A DNA stretch of 64,000 bases from Psammoneis japonica (lineage: Eukaryota): contig QPGO01000186.1 in NCBI GenBank assembly GCA_008632985.1, forward strand, positions 1 to 64,000. The letters are read 5' to 3'. Below are positions 37,300-50,852 of this stretch, piece by piece. Every line of letters begins with the position of its first letter. Position 1 is the stretch's first letter. Under the pieces are notes generated by a model that ran no database searches, was not told the DNA's origin, and worked only from the letters and a program-made list of their open reading frames with translations. A program made the position numbers and the translations under genes.

Positions 37300-40200
37300 C
37301 TAGCGCCTTCGTTTTCTCGAACCGCCCTGCGAACTACCCCTACGCTTGTTGCTCCCACGTCGATCATCTCCTTCATCGTCCCCGTGCGCGCGTCTACGTC
37401 TGTCATCAGCGGCAGCTTCTCGTTCCATATCATCCCAATCCATGCCCTGCTCCTCGAGATCATCATCCGCATCAAAATCTGATTCTTCCTCGGATTCTGA
37501 ATCAAATTCAGATATCTCTTCCTGTATTTCCCAAAGTTTCGACAAGATTAGATATACATTGACACAATAGTATGAGTCCTTCGGCACTGCTACTTACTTC
37601 AGATTCCTCTTCTTCCTCCTCTGGAGCCTCACTGAACTCTGAATCATCGGCATCGTCGTCTTCCTCGTCTTCTGCTTCGTCCTTACCGTACAATCGCAGA
37701 AACTCCCAGCCAGCTTCCTTCTCGGTCACCTCGTCTTCTTCGGTGTTCATATAGAAACGATCATCCTCGTTCACGGTCTGCATAATTTGCTTCCAGTTGA
37801 GGTTCATTGGACCCTGCGTGTATGTGATTTCCATATCCGTCAGCCATTCCTGCACGTACCGTACGAGAAGCAAACGACAGGGTTAGAAGAAAGGAGTTGT
37901 AATAGTACCTGTCACACTGACTTGTCCTAGTCGCACCTGAATGGCCTCTCTGTCGTTGTTGGGAATCATGTCAACCCTCCATACCGGTTTGGAGAAATCC
38001 TTGTTGATCAAAACAATATCAAACGCCTTACTCATGTAGGTGACACGTTCAAAGTGCACATGATCAACATCCGCCAGGTCGACAACAAAGAACGGGGTCT
38101 CTGTCAGATTGACGAGACAATTCAGGGTGGGCTGAATAAACACCATCTCCTTGTTTGGGTTGCCGTGGAATCCCAAATCACGATAGGGCAAGTCAAACTC
38201 CAACGAGTAATTGTTCTTGGTAGCCACCATCTCGACCTTTTTGCAGAAATCCTTAAAAGCCTGATTCAATCGCTTACGGAGCTGGCGCTCGCGCTGCTCG
38301 TCATCCATCTCATCCGGATCATACATGCTCCGCCGTCCCGCGTCCACGGTTTGACTCGCATCCACCACCTCTGTAAAGAACTGAATATCACGCTGCCGTT
38401 TCTTTCCCACCATGATTGGATTCTTCAAATGAAAATGAATAAGAACCATGATTTCACTCTCACAAGGTTGGTAAATGGCATACTTGATGTTGTTGTACAT
38501 GATATCGACAACCTCTTGGCGGGTGGAAATGAATCGCAAGCCATTCGTGTGCGATTCGAGGTTGCCCTGCGTCTTGCGTCCGTGGATGACGGGACGCATG
38601 GTCAAATCCGACAAGCGGGGGACGCGCTCATTCTTGGTACGAACAAGCTTTTCTTGTTCCACAAGGTTGGCCTCTTCGAGTTCCCGGAGCTCCTTCTGTC
38701 TGGCTCGTTTGCGGAGTTCCGAGATTTGACGGAATGCCTGTCAATGACGAAATAGTGTGGATGTGCTGTAAGATTCAACGCAAGAGACAGAGACAAACAC
38801 ATGCTCCCTATTTATATTCTCACCTGTGTCAAGTTATGACTATCCAAACTGCGAAATGTCATCTCCCGGATAAAGGTGGCATATGGAGCATACTTTTGAA
38901 CAAGCTTGGCCATGTTGGCCGGTGCATCCTTCCCCACAGCCATGCCTGCCGTGTAGAAGTTGATTCGAAGATACGTCGCGTTGTCTGGGTCTGGCAAAAC
39001 CACATTCTTGATAGTACTAATGTGGAATGGGATCGGATTTCCATAAATGGGCAGAATCACACACTGGTTCACCATGTCCACCTTGACTTGGTTGGGTTGC
39101 ACATTTTCAGGATAATCCTTGGTTCGCTTGTAGGTTTCAAGCTCCTCCACTGTATCGGCTTCATCGTTCCCGCCCTTGTTTCTCGAATTGGCGCGGGCCA
39201 ATTCACGCAAACGCTCCTCGTTTCGACGGTTCATTAAATCAATTTGACGGCGCTCCCGTTCTCCGGCACCCTCTTGAACTTCTTGTGCGGCCGCCTGCGT
39301 CGATGCCAACCGAGCCGAGGTCCGCTGGCCCTGCTGTTCCTTGGCAACCTTGCGAGCGAAGGCCGCATCACCCTTGGGGGCGTCTGGGGCGGCGTCTTCA
39401 TCGTCATCTTCGGACGATTCGTCCGAGGCTTCATCGTTAATGGTGTACGAAACGTCTGATAGCGACTTCGCAAACTTGGTCAGGACTTCTGCACTGTCTT
39501 TCTTGACGCTCACCATGTCTGAAATGAGTAGCGAGTACGTGGACAAGTTCTTGACCTAATGTTATACGCATGAAAGCACAAGGAACAATGAGAACCCGTG
39601 AACGGACCAGCAAAGAAAGACACAAGCACAAAAATACACAAAATAACTTACGGCACTCTTGCTATTCGTCGATGACTTGGCCTCGTCCGCCAGTTGCACG
39701 CCCTGAAACGCGACCGACAGACAAAACGTCATGCCAGGTCGAAATGGAAGTGAATTCTTTCCATTCAACACCAAGGCCGGATCACGAAAGTCCAATCCCA
39801 CGGCAAATCCAAGATTCTTGGGAAGGCACGATACGAGATCCTCCTTGCCATTGGATTGGAGATACTGCACGGCAGCCTTGTATACATTTTTCAATGGCTT
39901 TCCGGGAACCATGGCTTCCAAACAGGCCGTTTGCATCTCCAAGAGCGTCTCGTACGTTTGTGACACAATCTTGGGTGGATCCACCAAGAAGGTGCGCGCA
40001 ATGTTGGAACAATAATACTTGTACCGCGACCCGAGCGACACGAGAATGACATCGTGCGACAAGACATCGCCCGTGGATTGGGCCGAAATCTTGACATCGT
40101 AATTCCCTCCACTCTGCACAATGGGAAAATAGCACGACTCGACATCGTCCTTGGGGATGCCCTTGAGTTTGATTTTGGCTGGGTCCTCGATAATGTTTGT

Positions 40201-40985
40201 AATTTCCGTCGCGAGCTCCTCGTGTGTCACCTTGAGTTCAGAATCAATAATTTCTTCCATGCGCGGCGTACAGCCGTGTTTAAGAACCTTGTTGCTAAAG
40301 ACGGAACTCTTGCGAAGCAAATCCAGTTCAGTCTCGTCCTTGGTGGCCATGACAATGCCAACGCCCTGGGTGGCGTCCACCACGGTGGCTTTTTCGTCCA
40401 GCATGGTTTCCCATTTTGAAACAAACGAAGACGAGTTGTCCTTGTTTCGTTCCTTGACAAACACACCAACAGTTGCCTTTTCATCATTTTCATCCGTGGC
40501 ATTGAGTCCAGCTTTTTCCAAGAGCTCTTGTAGATTCTCCGCGTTATCGTCCGCCTTGTTCTTCACAAGAAACGTAATGCTTTTAATGGGATGACCCGGC
40601 GGTGCCTGATCCACGGCGGGGCGTAGAAAGTCACACTTTTTGCGTGCACCCATAAATACGACATGACCGGCTTGGGTTAAAAGCAGAATGGTTTCGGGCA
40701 ATTCATAGCCATAGAGGTACAGTTGCAACACGACGCTCTTGAGAAACAACGCGTCCTCATCGTGCTGACCGCGCTGTAGACTGAGACAAGAAGCATTATG
40801 CCAAACTGTGGAACTGCAATACAGAAAGAAAGCAATGTGAGATTATGTACAGCAATACGCAAACGCACACGAGAACCGCAATGCTTTTATTCTTACCGAT
40901 TCTTGACAAAGTGCGCGTGGAGTTTACCGAGACGGGCATAAAAGCGCGGCACGTCCAGCTCGGGACCGCCTCCGTTCTTTGACAT
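37300..40985 (-). CDS. SPT16: FACT complex subunit Spt16, multi-exon
   Basis: LYGYELPETI, YFPIVQSGGNYD, SLGSRYKYYCSNIARTFLVDP, PFHISTIKNV, GNLESHTNGLRF, HFERV, GPMNLNWKQIM and an acidic C-terminus. Confidence 0.97.
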
Positions 40986-41257
40986 GGTGTCGGTTTGTAT
41001 ATCAACAACAATAGCTGAAGGTACAAACAAGCAACGACGAAAGAGATTGTTTGGGTAACAGCAGCAATGTCAATGGCAGCAGCGACGCCGCTGTTTGTTT
41101 TTAGGAGTATGATTTTTATTTTTGCTGTTAGCATACCACCGTCAGTGCGTCGTTGCGTTCGCGCCAAAAGATCTTTCTGGGGCATGTCTGGGGCGCGCGA
41201 TTTCAGACGCGCATCGCCCGCTTATTTTGTGCGCGCCTCATTTTTTGAGAAACAACC

Positions 41258-42093
41258 ATGACGCGACATCATCGTTTCTTCACGACTGCAATTGTATGGA
41301 GCCTCGTTGTTCTAGACACATTTGCATTTGTTGCGTTACCATCAAAGCATGTTAGCTGTCAGTGGCGCGATGATTCTGAATTGTCGTCGTCGACTCCTCG
41401 TCTTCCCCTCGCGGAAGCATGGAATCAATTGTGGACAGACTTGACGACGGGCAAAAGAACCGACCAAGAGCAGCAGCAGCAACAACAAGATCCATACTCC
41501 GATTCATCATCCACTGCAACAGTCGTTCGACTCGCCAGCCGATCCTACAATGCCACGTCTTCCAAACCCTCTTCGAAAAACTACACTACCCGCAAAAACG
41601 AACAATTCTCCGTCAACATTACAAAAAATGGTGTCGAGGGCGACTACAATCACTATCGCACCGTGGCACTCAAATCCACACCGGATCGAGCGCTTTCGAT
41701 ACTGACACAGGATGTCATGGATTGTCTCCAGCAACAGCATCCAGAGATGGAGAGCGGTGATTTGGGAGAAAACATTCTATTGGAAGGTGTTGCCTTTGAC
41801 TATTTTCAAATTGGCAAACAATATCATATCAAGAATGTTTTGTTTGAAATTACAGAACCCATGATTCCTTGTGCCAATCTTTGCTCATTGCCTGTAATCA
41901 ACAATGAGAACTTGACTCCGAAAGAAAGGTGCAAAAGTGCAAAGATTTTTTGGATTTCATGGGTTCACGGGGCGACGGCTTTCGGGGATGGTATGCCAAA
42001 TACTCACGCCGGGGTTGGTTCGTGTCGGTGACAAATGTTGTACAGCAAAAGGTTCTGAACAAGAACGAAACAAGAGATCATAAAAAGAAATGA
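41258..42093 (+). CDS. MOSC-domain protein with signal/plastid-like presequence; two apparent 1-nt deletions near 41925-42000
   Basis: GVEGDYNHYR, PDRALSI, GDLGENILLEG, FEITEPMIPCANL. The C-terminal GFRGWYAK and LTPGLVRVGD lie in shifted frames. End approximate. Confidence 0.8.
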
Positions 42094-42757
42094 ATGAACG
42101 GGGTCTCTATCTTCAATTGGTAAAACTTTAGCGGCTCGGATGACGGTGAAGAACACATCTCTAAATGATTGTTCTCTCGGAACGGAAAAACTGCTTAGAG
42201 AGTTACCAGAAAACCCTCTTGGTGAGCTGTGAAATGGGTTGTAGTCACCTGTGAAGAAGGCATTTGTAAGTCACGAGCAGAGTGCCCGAGATTGACTGGC
42301 TGCGTTGATGAGTTCATGCACGGCATTTTTCCGAGTGAGGCAGAAGAAGGAGAAAAGGAAAGGTTCAAGGGATCAACAAAAAATTTGCCTGTGCACTAAA
42401 TAGTGCCACAAAGACCCTACAAAGTCTTGTCCTTATTCGTTTGAGATTGTAGCCGAGGAACAAGAAAACAGGATATCATGGATGCCGTGTGTTGCACGCA
42501 AGACGCGGCGGCGCGGTGACCGACCGACCGCGACCACACCAAGCAACGGGCGTCCGCCCGCCCGCCGGGGAGGCCCATCGCATCAGACCTGGTCGGTCAC
42601 CAACGATACCGGTACTGCACAAACCGCACAACCATCAACACATCAATTTAATTCTTCGCCAACGACCACCGGAGAACCGTCTTTCGAAGCGTTAGTTGTG
42701 TTTGTCGACAAATATCCTTTTTCCCTTCTCGAATTGACTGTCTCGATACATTGAATA

Positions 42758-43764
42758 TGAAATTAGTTTCTATTGAATGCCGCAGTGGTGTCGTCGTCCT
42801 TGCTGGTGGTACTATTGCCGTTGGGTGTGTATCATGCAGGAGGAGTATTGGCATTTACATCCTCGGCCGATTCGAGAAAGCGTACTTTATACACAGGTAC
42901 CTCATATCGACCGTTTGGCTCGCAACAGCAATCATACTACCGCGATCATCCGAGATTATCGTTTGCCTTGAAGCATCTTCGAGCGGAAACGTGCAGCGCC
43001 CAGCAATGAATTTTCAGGACCTATCGAACGGACAAAATTTTAAGTGGTGGGCCGAGACAACGTGATTATGGAGTATCGATTGAAGCAGAAAAGAGCGAAC
43101 GTGATTTGTTAGCGCTGCGATTTGAACTGTCCAACATTGACAAATTAGAAGCCGACGTCAGCTTGCGTCGTGAGCCACAGGATGTGTCTAGTGGATCAAC
43201 ACAAGGTGTGTTTATGGAAACGAAAAAGATCTTTTGATGATGACATATCACTGAATATCATGTACAGGTGCTCTACAGTAGTCCTCATTTCTTCTTTCAC
43301 TTCACGATACAACAGCGGTCGGAGTTGAGGTGGAGGGCACGGTACGAGCGAGGGTGACACAAACATGCGTTCGGACCAGCGAAGAGTTTGACGTCGATTT
43401 AGAATTTCCAATCTTTGCTATTGTAAGGCCAATTGCTTCGGCACAGTCCAATGACGATGACATTGATGTTGAGGCGCTTCAAGAGGCGGCCGGTATGAGT
43501 CGTAGCAACAAGTCACGAAACAAGAAATCATCCTTCCGGAGCACGTCGGGGCAGAATATTAATGAGATGGACATGATGGAATTGCAAAAGTTGTTGCAGG
43601 ACTTTGATGTTGAGGATGATGTCATTGAGGATGAAGCAATTTACTCATCGAGGGATGGCAAATTGGATGTGGGAGAGTTGGTTTCGCAGCTCTTTTGGTT
43701 GAAACTCGATCCCTACCCAAAGAAACCAGGCACCGGTCCGATATTCACATCCATCTCAGGATAG
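42758..43764 (+). CDS. DUF177/YceD-like protein, probably plastid-targeted; 5' part frameshifted in this assembly
   Basis: ERDLLALRFELSNIDKLEA, VEGTVRARVTQTCVRTSEEF and LDVGELVSQLFWLKLDPYPKKPG motifs. The 5' reading needs frame changes. Confidence 0.75.
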
Positions 43765-44563
43765 TGTCTCCTAATGACTAGGGATGATGGTGTAACCTAC
43801 TCGAGTTCTAGTGATGCAGTTCCATTCTTTTCAGTGTACGACGTCTCATGAGAGATCGCAGAATTCTTCACTTTCGGTCTGCGAAACCAGGTTTCGCTCT
43901 CACGGAAATTGCAAATCTGCCAAAAGTGTCCATGACAGCTTTAAAGCGATACCCTTTAAAGAATTCGGAGACGCTGACGGCCTCGGTCGGTCAATTCTTT
44001 CAACACAACAGCATAGTCGTCGGCAACAGCTTTCCTCAACCGAAATGGGAAGCTCAATGGGCTTTCCACCAAAAGTCCAAAGGTTTCATCTGGAGGATTT
44101 TCATCAAGCCCAGTCATGATGGTGGCTGTCAGAAAGACAAATAATATGGAAAGCAACAAAGTGGAGAGAAGATTGAAGATGAAGTTTCAAGTTGCGCCAA
44201 TAACATCATCTTGAATCTGTTTTTGGACAATTTTGGAAAATGAAAACTCCCTCCGACAATCAAATTCACATCTCCCACTCTCAAGATAAACAAAAGCATT
44301 TACTATCGCAAACTATTTTTGAGTTATACAGGAATGGATGACCTTGATTGACGTTGATTGAATGTCGGCGCTTGGGCTTTACCCGGATTTTCAGAATCGG
44401 CTCGGATCGTTCCGTTCACAATGGCGTATCGGCGCTGTCTATTCTATCTGTGCAACTCGCCCGTTCCGCCTACCGTAAGGTTACCATAAACCACAAGGAC
44501 ACATAATGATGGTCTCATGAGTGCATCACTTTGACTTACTTTTGAATACTTTGAAACAGCGCT

Positions 44564-46237
44564 ATGACATCACGGGCAGATCATTGTGCAACCGAAGATT
44601 CCGCTCTTCTGAACAGAGAGCGACAGATGTCTGAGTCGAGAATAAATTGGAAACGAATGAGAATGTTTGGAATTGTGTTGATTTCTTTTACGCTCGGCTC
44701 TCTTGTGATGTCAAGTCGTCGGGTATCCTCGCGAGAAAGAAACATGGATGAATTTGTGTCTTTCCCAAGCGACTTTGTTTGGGGTTCGGCAACATCAAGT
44801 TACCAGATTGAAGGCGCCACAAAAGAAAATGGCCGAGGAGTGTCGATTTGGGACGTTTATTGTTCTACAGATGATAATCACACAAACTGCAATGGTGATA
44901 CAGCTGATGTAGCGTGTGATCATTACCACCGCATGGAATCGGATGTGAAGCTCATGGCAGAGCTTGGGCTCAAGGCTTACAGATTCTCAATAGCATGGCC
45001 ACGTATTATTCCTCAAGGGTCCGGCGAAGTGAATGCTGCGGGGGTTGCTTTTTACAATAGGCTCATTGACAAATTGCTTGAACACAACATTGAACCGTGG
45101 GTGACCTTGTATCATTGGGATTTGCCGCAAGCACTTCAAGACAACTATGAGGGATGGCTCGGCAGAGACATTGTCAAAGACTTTGGAGACTACGCAAGAA
45201 TATGTTTTAATGCATTTGGAGACCGTGTAAAGCATTGGATGACCATTAATGAGAGCTGGACGGTTGCAATCCACGGCTTTGAAGAGGGCTCGAATGCACC
45301 AGGGTACTTTGGTCAGCCATACATTGTTGCACATCATTTGATCTTGGCTCATGCAAGAGCGGTGCGCATATATAAAACAGAGTTTGCGGCACAGAATGGT
45401 GACATTGGGATTGCAAACTGCGGAGACTTTCGATTTCCTCTGGACCACTCTAGTGAGGCGGACCTGGAGGCCGAAGAACGAGCCATGGAATTTCAACTTT
45501 CTTGGTTTGCGGACCCAATATGGAAAGGTGATTATCCAGAGTCTATGCGAACTATGCTTGGATCGCGCCTTCCTCATTTCACTCAGGAAGAACGATCCGA
45601 GGTGTTGGGATCGAGTGACTGGTTTGGTTTGAATCACTACTCGTCGTTATTAGCTAGCAAGCCCGAGGGCAAAGCACCGAGTAGCGGTGGATACTGGGAG
45701 GACATGCATGTGAGTTTTAGTTCAGATCCCAGCTGGCGAAAGAATTGCATGGTACGTCACAAGTGTTCTGAGGACATGCAACATCCCTTTCTCGCCTTGA
45801 ACTTGAAAAGATTTCAGCGTCTTGCTCCCTCGCACGCCCCGTACTTACTGTAGGGCTGGAGCATCGTTCCGGACGGCGCTCGAAGGCTGCTAGAGTGGAT
45901 TGACGAGCGTTATGATCACCCCAAAATTTACATGACAGAGAATGGATCATGTGATGACGAGCCAGATCTGGATTCTGCTCTACATGACTACGGGCGACGC
46001 GACTACTTTGAAGGGTACCTCCGAGCTTGCGCGGAAGCAATAGAGGCTGGAGTCGATCTTCGGGGTTACTTTGCATGGTCGTTGATGGACAATTTTGAGT
46101 GGCAATATGGATATAAGCGTCGGTTTGGTATCTTTAGAGTGGATTTTGTAACCCAGAAACGCACACCCAAGCTCTCGGCGGCGTGGTATAAGGACACCAT
46201 AGCATCAAACGGGCGAAACATTGATAAGGCCAGATAA
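44564..46237 (+). CDS. Glycoside hydrolase family 1 (beta-glucosidase-like) with N-terminal TM; intron 45752-45853
   Basis: FPSDFVWGSATSSYQIEGA, YRFSIAWPRI, TLYHWDLP, acid/base TINES, nucleophile YMTENG and GYFAWSLMDNFEW. Confidence 0.95.
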
Positions 46238-47720
46238 TTGTTGTCGATGCTTTCCACGATGTCATGTGGTATTTCTTAATCTCTCCAAAAAACTAAAGTT
46301 TGGCACTCCAGAGTAATACCAATATAGAAGGATGGCAGTATGAATGAGCCCAATGATGGCTGTGACAAAATCATACCAAAAAGTGTCAGCTGGAATCCAT
46401 CCAAAAAACTCTACGAGAAAGTACATCGAATTGCTTTCAAGGACGAGCAACATGAGCAACCAAAAGCCCTGATTCATAATTCGTTGCAGTTTGATTGGAT
46501 ATTCAACACTCGGGAGACTTGAATCAATAAACAATCTGAATCCGATCTCCACAAATGCAATAGACAACATTAACTCTGTGCTTGCTGTATTCGGAGCAAA
46601 GTTGCGCGGCAAGCAGGTTATTGCCACAATGTTCAGCATTCCCATTAAAGGCATGATGTTTGTATCGTAGTGCCCGCTTTCTCGTAGGACGGCCAACGAA
46701 ACCTGCAGGCAATGGTCCGTTTTCCTCGTACCGGCCTGTCCAAATGAATGGGGTACGAACTCAAACTTTAGCGAATTTCTTTTGTGCTTGAATCCAGGAA
46801 TATGGATGTACTCCACTAAGTGCCCATAAGGCACAGGGGTGGATCCTTGACTGTCACTCTCTTCCGCAAGCTTCAGTTTCCATTTGTTTCTATCCCATTT
46901 TCTTCCTGTGTGTCTATTAGCCAATATCGCAAGCCTGATGACAAGTTCGTGGCGATCATGAGGAAAGTCGTCAACACGTAAATTCTTCTGCAGCAACACA
47001 GCATTGTACATGCAAGTCCAACGCATGAGTCGTGTATCTTCTCGGACAAGACAGACTTCAGGATTGCCGATTGTATCAAACGAAACCACGTTTAGGATCG
47101 AAAGCGGCGGAACGTCGACTTGTTCAATAAAACTAGTATCCATTTGCTGTCGACAAGCATGCTCTCGACCTTGCATAGTCCAAACATACGGTTGGAATTT
47201 TGATCGCTTTGCTGTATTATCATTTTGTTCATCCCCCATGTCATTCCAGAACAAAGTTACTCGAAATTTCATGGGAACATGACCAAGACGAACGTCCACT
47301 TCTCCAACATGCCACACCACGACCTGGAAACGTATTGAAGCATCGCTGTCTTCCTCAAAGTGTGTGGGAAGAATACGCCTCCTCGCCATTCCATAGTTGA
47401 CTTTATTTTTCAGCAGAAAACTCTCATCATTCGCCTCCTCTTCATCGTCCTCGAGGAATAAACCCGAATTATCGTCGTTTTCGTTCGCGTCATCACTAAC
47501 CCAGAAGAAAGACGTGCTTCGATTCATCTCAACAACTAGACGCACTGAAAGAGGAAACCTGCGCAAGGTTGACGAGCGGAGTCAACAAATGAGCGTCAGC
47601 AAGAAAGAAAGAATGGATGTTGATGGCTGATGATGGCCGATCGATAATGGGGTCGCGAGCTGGGATTGATTGCGAATTCGATGGTCCTGGTCGAGTCTTG
47701 TAGTTGGTGGCGTTTTTTAC
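45726..47720 (+). repeat. Segmental duplication, copy A (GH1 3' end + pLGIC-like gene + upstream DNA)
   Basis: Aligns by eye with 60237-62210 from ATCCCAGCTGG to GGTGGCGTTTTTTAC. Confidence 0.95.
46262..47566 (-). CDS. Pentameric ligand-gated ion channel-like protein (Cys-less Pro-loop type), copy A
   Basis: MKFRVTLFWND, VPPLSILN, DDFPHDRHEL (FPxD loop) and four C-terminal hydrophobic segments. True start uncertain (ATG 47527 or an upstream exon). Confidence 0.75.
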   Translation of the reverse strand: MRRFPLSVRLVVEMNRSTSFFWVSDDANENDDNSGLFLEDDEEEANDESFLLKNKVNYGMARRRILPTHFEEDSDASIRFQVVVWHVGEVDVRLGHVPMKFRVTLFWNDMGDEQNDNTAKRSKFQPYVWTMQGREHACRQQMDTSFIEQVDVPPLSILNVVSFDTIGNPEVCLVREDTRLMRWTCMYNAVLLQKNLRVDDFPHDRHELVIRLAILANRHTGRKWDRNKWKLKLAEESDSQGSTPVPYGHLVEYIHIPGFKHKRNSLKFEFVPHSFGQAGTRKTDHCLQVSLAVLRESGHYDTNIMPLMGMLNIVAITCLPRNFAPNTASTELMLSIAFVEIGFRLFIDSSLPSVEYPIKLQRIMNQGFWLLMLLVLESNSMYFLVEFFGWIPADTFWYDFVTAIIGLIHTAILLYWYYSGVPNFSFLERLRNTT

Positions 47721-47745
47721 AGCCAGACACGCCCCCCCCCCCCCA

Positions 47746-48250
47746 GGTTTTGACGTGAAATTTTGAGTGTCTTTTTTTGTCGCAAACTCTTGTCATGGCC
47801 ATTGCTCCAGCACTTCATCATTCAGCTGCAACGTTGATTTGTCTTGGAGCTTCAGTTTGCATGTCAGAAGGCCCTTGGGACATTGTGCCATTGATGCAAA
47901 AGAGTGGAGCCCCTCAGCAAAAAATGCCCTTGCACATTGAAAGCACTGAGGATGGATCTGTCAGCGCACTTGTCACAAAATCTTCTTCCTGGGCTGGCCA
48001 GCCATCCTCCAGGCAATGTTGTCCCAAAGAAGCCTTTGTTGGCCCCATCCAATGACCCCTGGTTGTGTTTCTGATGATTTGCCTGGCACAGCAAGCTTGA
48101 TCACATTGGCAAGCATCTCTGCAGCTGGCGGGTTCATTCAACTTGTCTGTGACATCTCCAAGGCCAGATCTGCTGCCACTCCCATTCCTTGCTCTACTCC
48201 AAGCTTTGCTCCCCCATCTCATGACAACCAACATGGGTGTGGGTGGCCGT
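47746..48250 (+). repeat. Diverged ~500-bp direct repeat, copy 1
   Basis: Shares CTTCATCATTCAGCTGCAAC, GGACATTGTGCCATTGA, CCAGGCAATGTTGTCCCAAAG and GGTTCATTCAACTTGTCTGTGA with 52447-52955. Confidence 0.9.
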
Positions 48251-50481
48251 GAACAATGATTTCTTGTCAAAGGTCAGAGATTTGGCGGCGATGATGAGCC
48301 GTTGCTTTTGGCAGCAATGGATGCTGGGCTCAACGAAGATTGTTGATGGAATCAGAATTGTTGGTCACTGCCTGGTGCTGCTTTCACTGCTGATCATGTG
48401 ATTGTTGCTGCTGCTGGAGATGTTGTTGCAATGCTGATGCTGATGGCACTGCTGCCGTCGTTGCCTCTGAGCGATGGCTGCAGCAAAGGAGGCAACATGG
48501 TTGCACTCAAGACAAAATTGATTGTGGTGTCTAACCTCCCATTGCAGTGTGGCATGACACAACTGCTGCCACATCATGTGATGATCATGATGACACTGGT
48601 CTTTGGTGGATTTGAATGACCGCTGCCATCATGTCTGGTGGTGTGTCCACTGTCCTTGTCATCTCGGACCTCCAATCAGATCTAAAACTTGCAAGCCAAC
48701 ACATCGTTGTTGTTCCCATTGAATGTCATTTTGGTTGTGCTGTTTTGTTGGTTGAGCTGATGATGCATGTGCAGTGCATCAACCAACCTCTGCCAACAAA
48801 ACAACAGTCCGATGGAAATGAAGCATCTCAAAATCACCGCATCTGGCTAAAAATGCAACAACGGTCACCTGACAGACACAGCAGACAGCAGCAACAGCAT
48901 TCAGCATGCTGGCACAGTGCAGTGCTGGCACCCATGGCAACATCAACAACCCACAATGCACATCAGAGATTGCAACTTGCAGCCAACCAGACACCACTGA
49001 CTGAACAACAAAACCAAGAACCCTTGTCACAATGGATCTGGTTGCCTTGCAGGCAAGACTTCGTGCCTTGATGGAAATGACTTTGACTCAGGATGAGCAC
49101 AAGATCCTGGCTGCAGCTCTGCCAACTGGCCCCATTTTGCTGATGTTGAAGCACAAACAGTTGACTGTTTGGATTGGGGACTTTGACTGGTCAGCTGCCA
49201 CGGTGGCCTTCCTGGCAAACAAAGCAATCACAAAGTGGACTTCTCCATCTGATGCTGTCTTCAGCTTTGTGCCAAAAAGGAGTGCAGCTGCACTGTTTCA
49301 GATGCCTGTCTGAAGGCATGTGTGCATCCTTGCATGTTGTTTGTCAAAACAGAGCAGATTGGCTTCTCAGACTTTGCCGAGGAAGATGCCCTCAAGCATG
49401 CCAGAGTCCAAGATGTCAAGATGGATGACAATGAGCACAATTGTTTGAATGCCTTCAGCATCTGCGTCTTGTGGATCACATTCTGTTTTACATGGTGGTC
49501 ACATTCCTTGCCCCAGATGGAAAGTCCGGCATTCCCAGGTCCAATTGCAATCATGACAACAATGAACTGCTCCCCCACGCAGTGAGGGATTTGCAACTCA
49601 AGCATGAACTTTACAACCCCATTGAGAAAGGTTGCAAACATTCTTGCCGCAAGTTCATTTCAGTGGTCCTTGTTCTTGCCGCTTCCTTCACCGGCATCCA
49701 ACTGGCCTGCAAAGAACAAGTTGATGGTTCTGCCAGCAAAGGTCCAGTTGGTTGGATGGCACACTGCCAACACCACCGAATGTGCATCACTGAAGGCAAA
49801 AAAGACAACATCTCCAGTGGTTTGTGTCAGAATCTTGTGCAGTTGGCAGCTGCCAGCAAAGGCCGAGGCACAAAACATGCCCTTTGCATTGATTTGCCTT
49901 TGTTTGGTGTTGCCACGACTTGCACAGAGTGGACATTCCTTGTTTGGACCCTCCAACAAAACCAGATGGAATGAATCAATTGGCTGTTTGTCTGCCAACA
50001 GACATCATCAACTGCAGAAGAAATCTCAAACAAGATGCCAAGGCAGCAGCTGAGCACATTGCGGCGCTTTTGTTGCACCAAAAGAAGCCAGTTCATGAAC
50101 AAACTGGAGGTGATGGCACCAAGAGAAGCAAAGAAAAATGATCTAAGGTGTCCCAACTGTTCCTGAGGACCATCTGGCCAGAGAGCCAATGGATTGTTTT
50201 GCCACTGGACTGTCATCTTGCACCGCACTGAGTGCGTCTCTGCGATTGAAGTGGGGCACGGGGGGGGGGGGGGTGGAACTTGGGGCGGCATCTGCATGCC
50301 CTTCAGGAAGATCAGGATCAGCAAACCCACAAGCAGTGAGGATTTTGACAGCAGACAGTGACAGTCAACAACAACCTGCAGCAATGAACATTGCCATCAG
50401 TTTGAGACCTGAGCAAGGGAGATTTGTTGCAAGTTTGGTGGTCAACCACTGGAATGAACAGCTGGAAATGATTCTTGAGAA

Positions 50482-50852
50482 GGAGTTGTGACAATGGGTG
50501 GTGGAGCAGTGCAGGCCATCTCAAAGCACCAGAAGCTCAACACCTGAAGCAGAACAGAAGCTGAGCTTGTTGGAGCCAACAATGCCACAACCATGATGCT
50601 GTGGACAAAGCTCTTTGTGGAGCACAAAGGGCATTCAATCAACAAAAATGTCCTCAAGAGTGCCATCCCATTGGAGACTGGTGGGTGCAGGAGTGCTGGC
50701 AAAAGGTTGTGAGCATTCAACACCCAGCACATTTCTTTGTTGCCAATCAAATCAAGAAGGGCAGCTTGCAAGTGCAGTGTTGTCCTGCCAATGACATGCC
50801 AAGGGACTTGATGACCAAACTGTTGCAAGGTGAGAAGTTCCAAAAGTTCTGA
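50482..50852 (+). mobile_element. Ty1/copia RNase H fragment (degenerate)
   Basis: GGAVQAISKHQKLNT*SRTEAELVGA...MLWTKLFVEHKGH and HFFVANQIKKGSLQVQCCPANDMPRDLMTKLLQGEKFQKF match the copia RNase H pattern (KLNTRSSTEAELV; YFF...YCPTxDMxAD.xTKPLQG). Confidence 0.88.
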
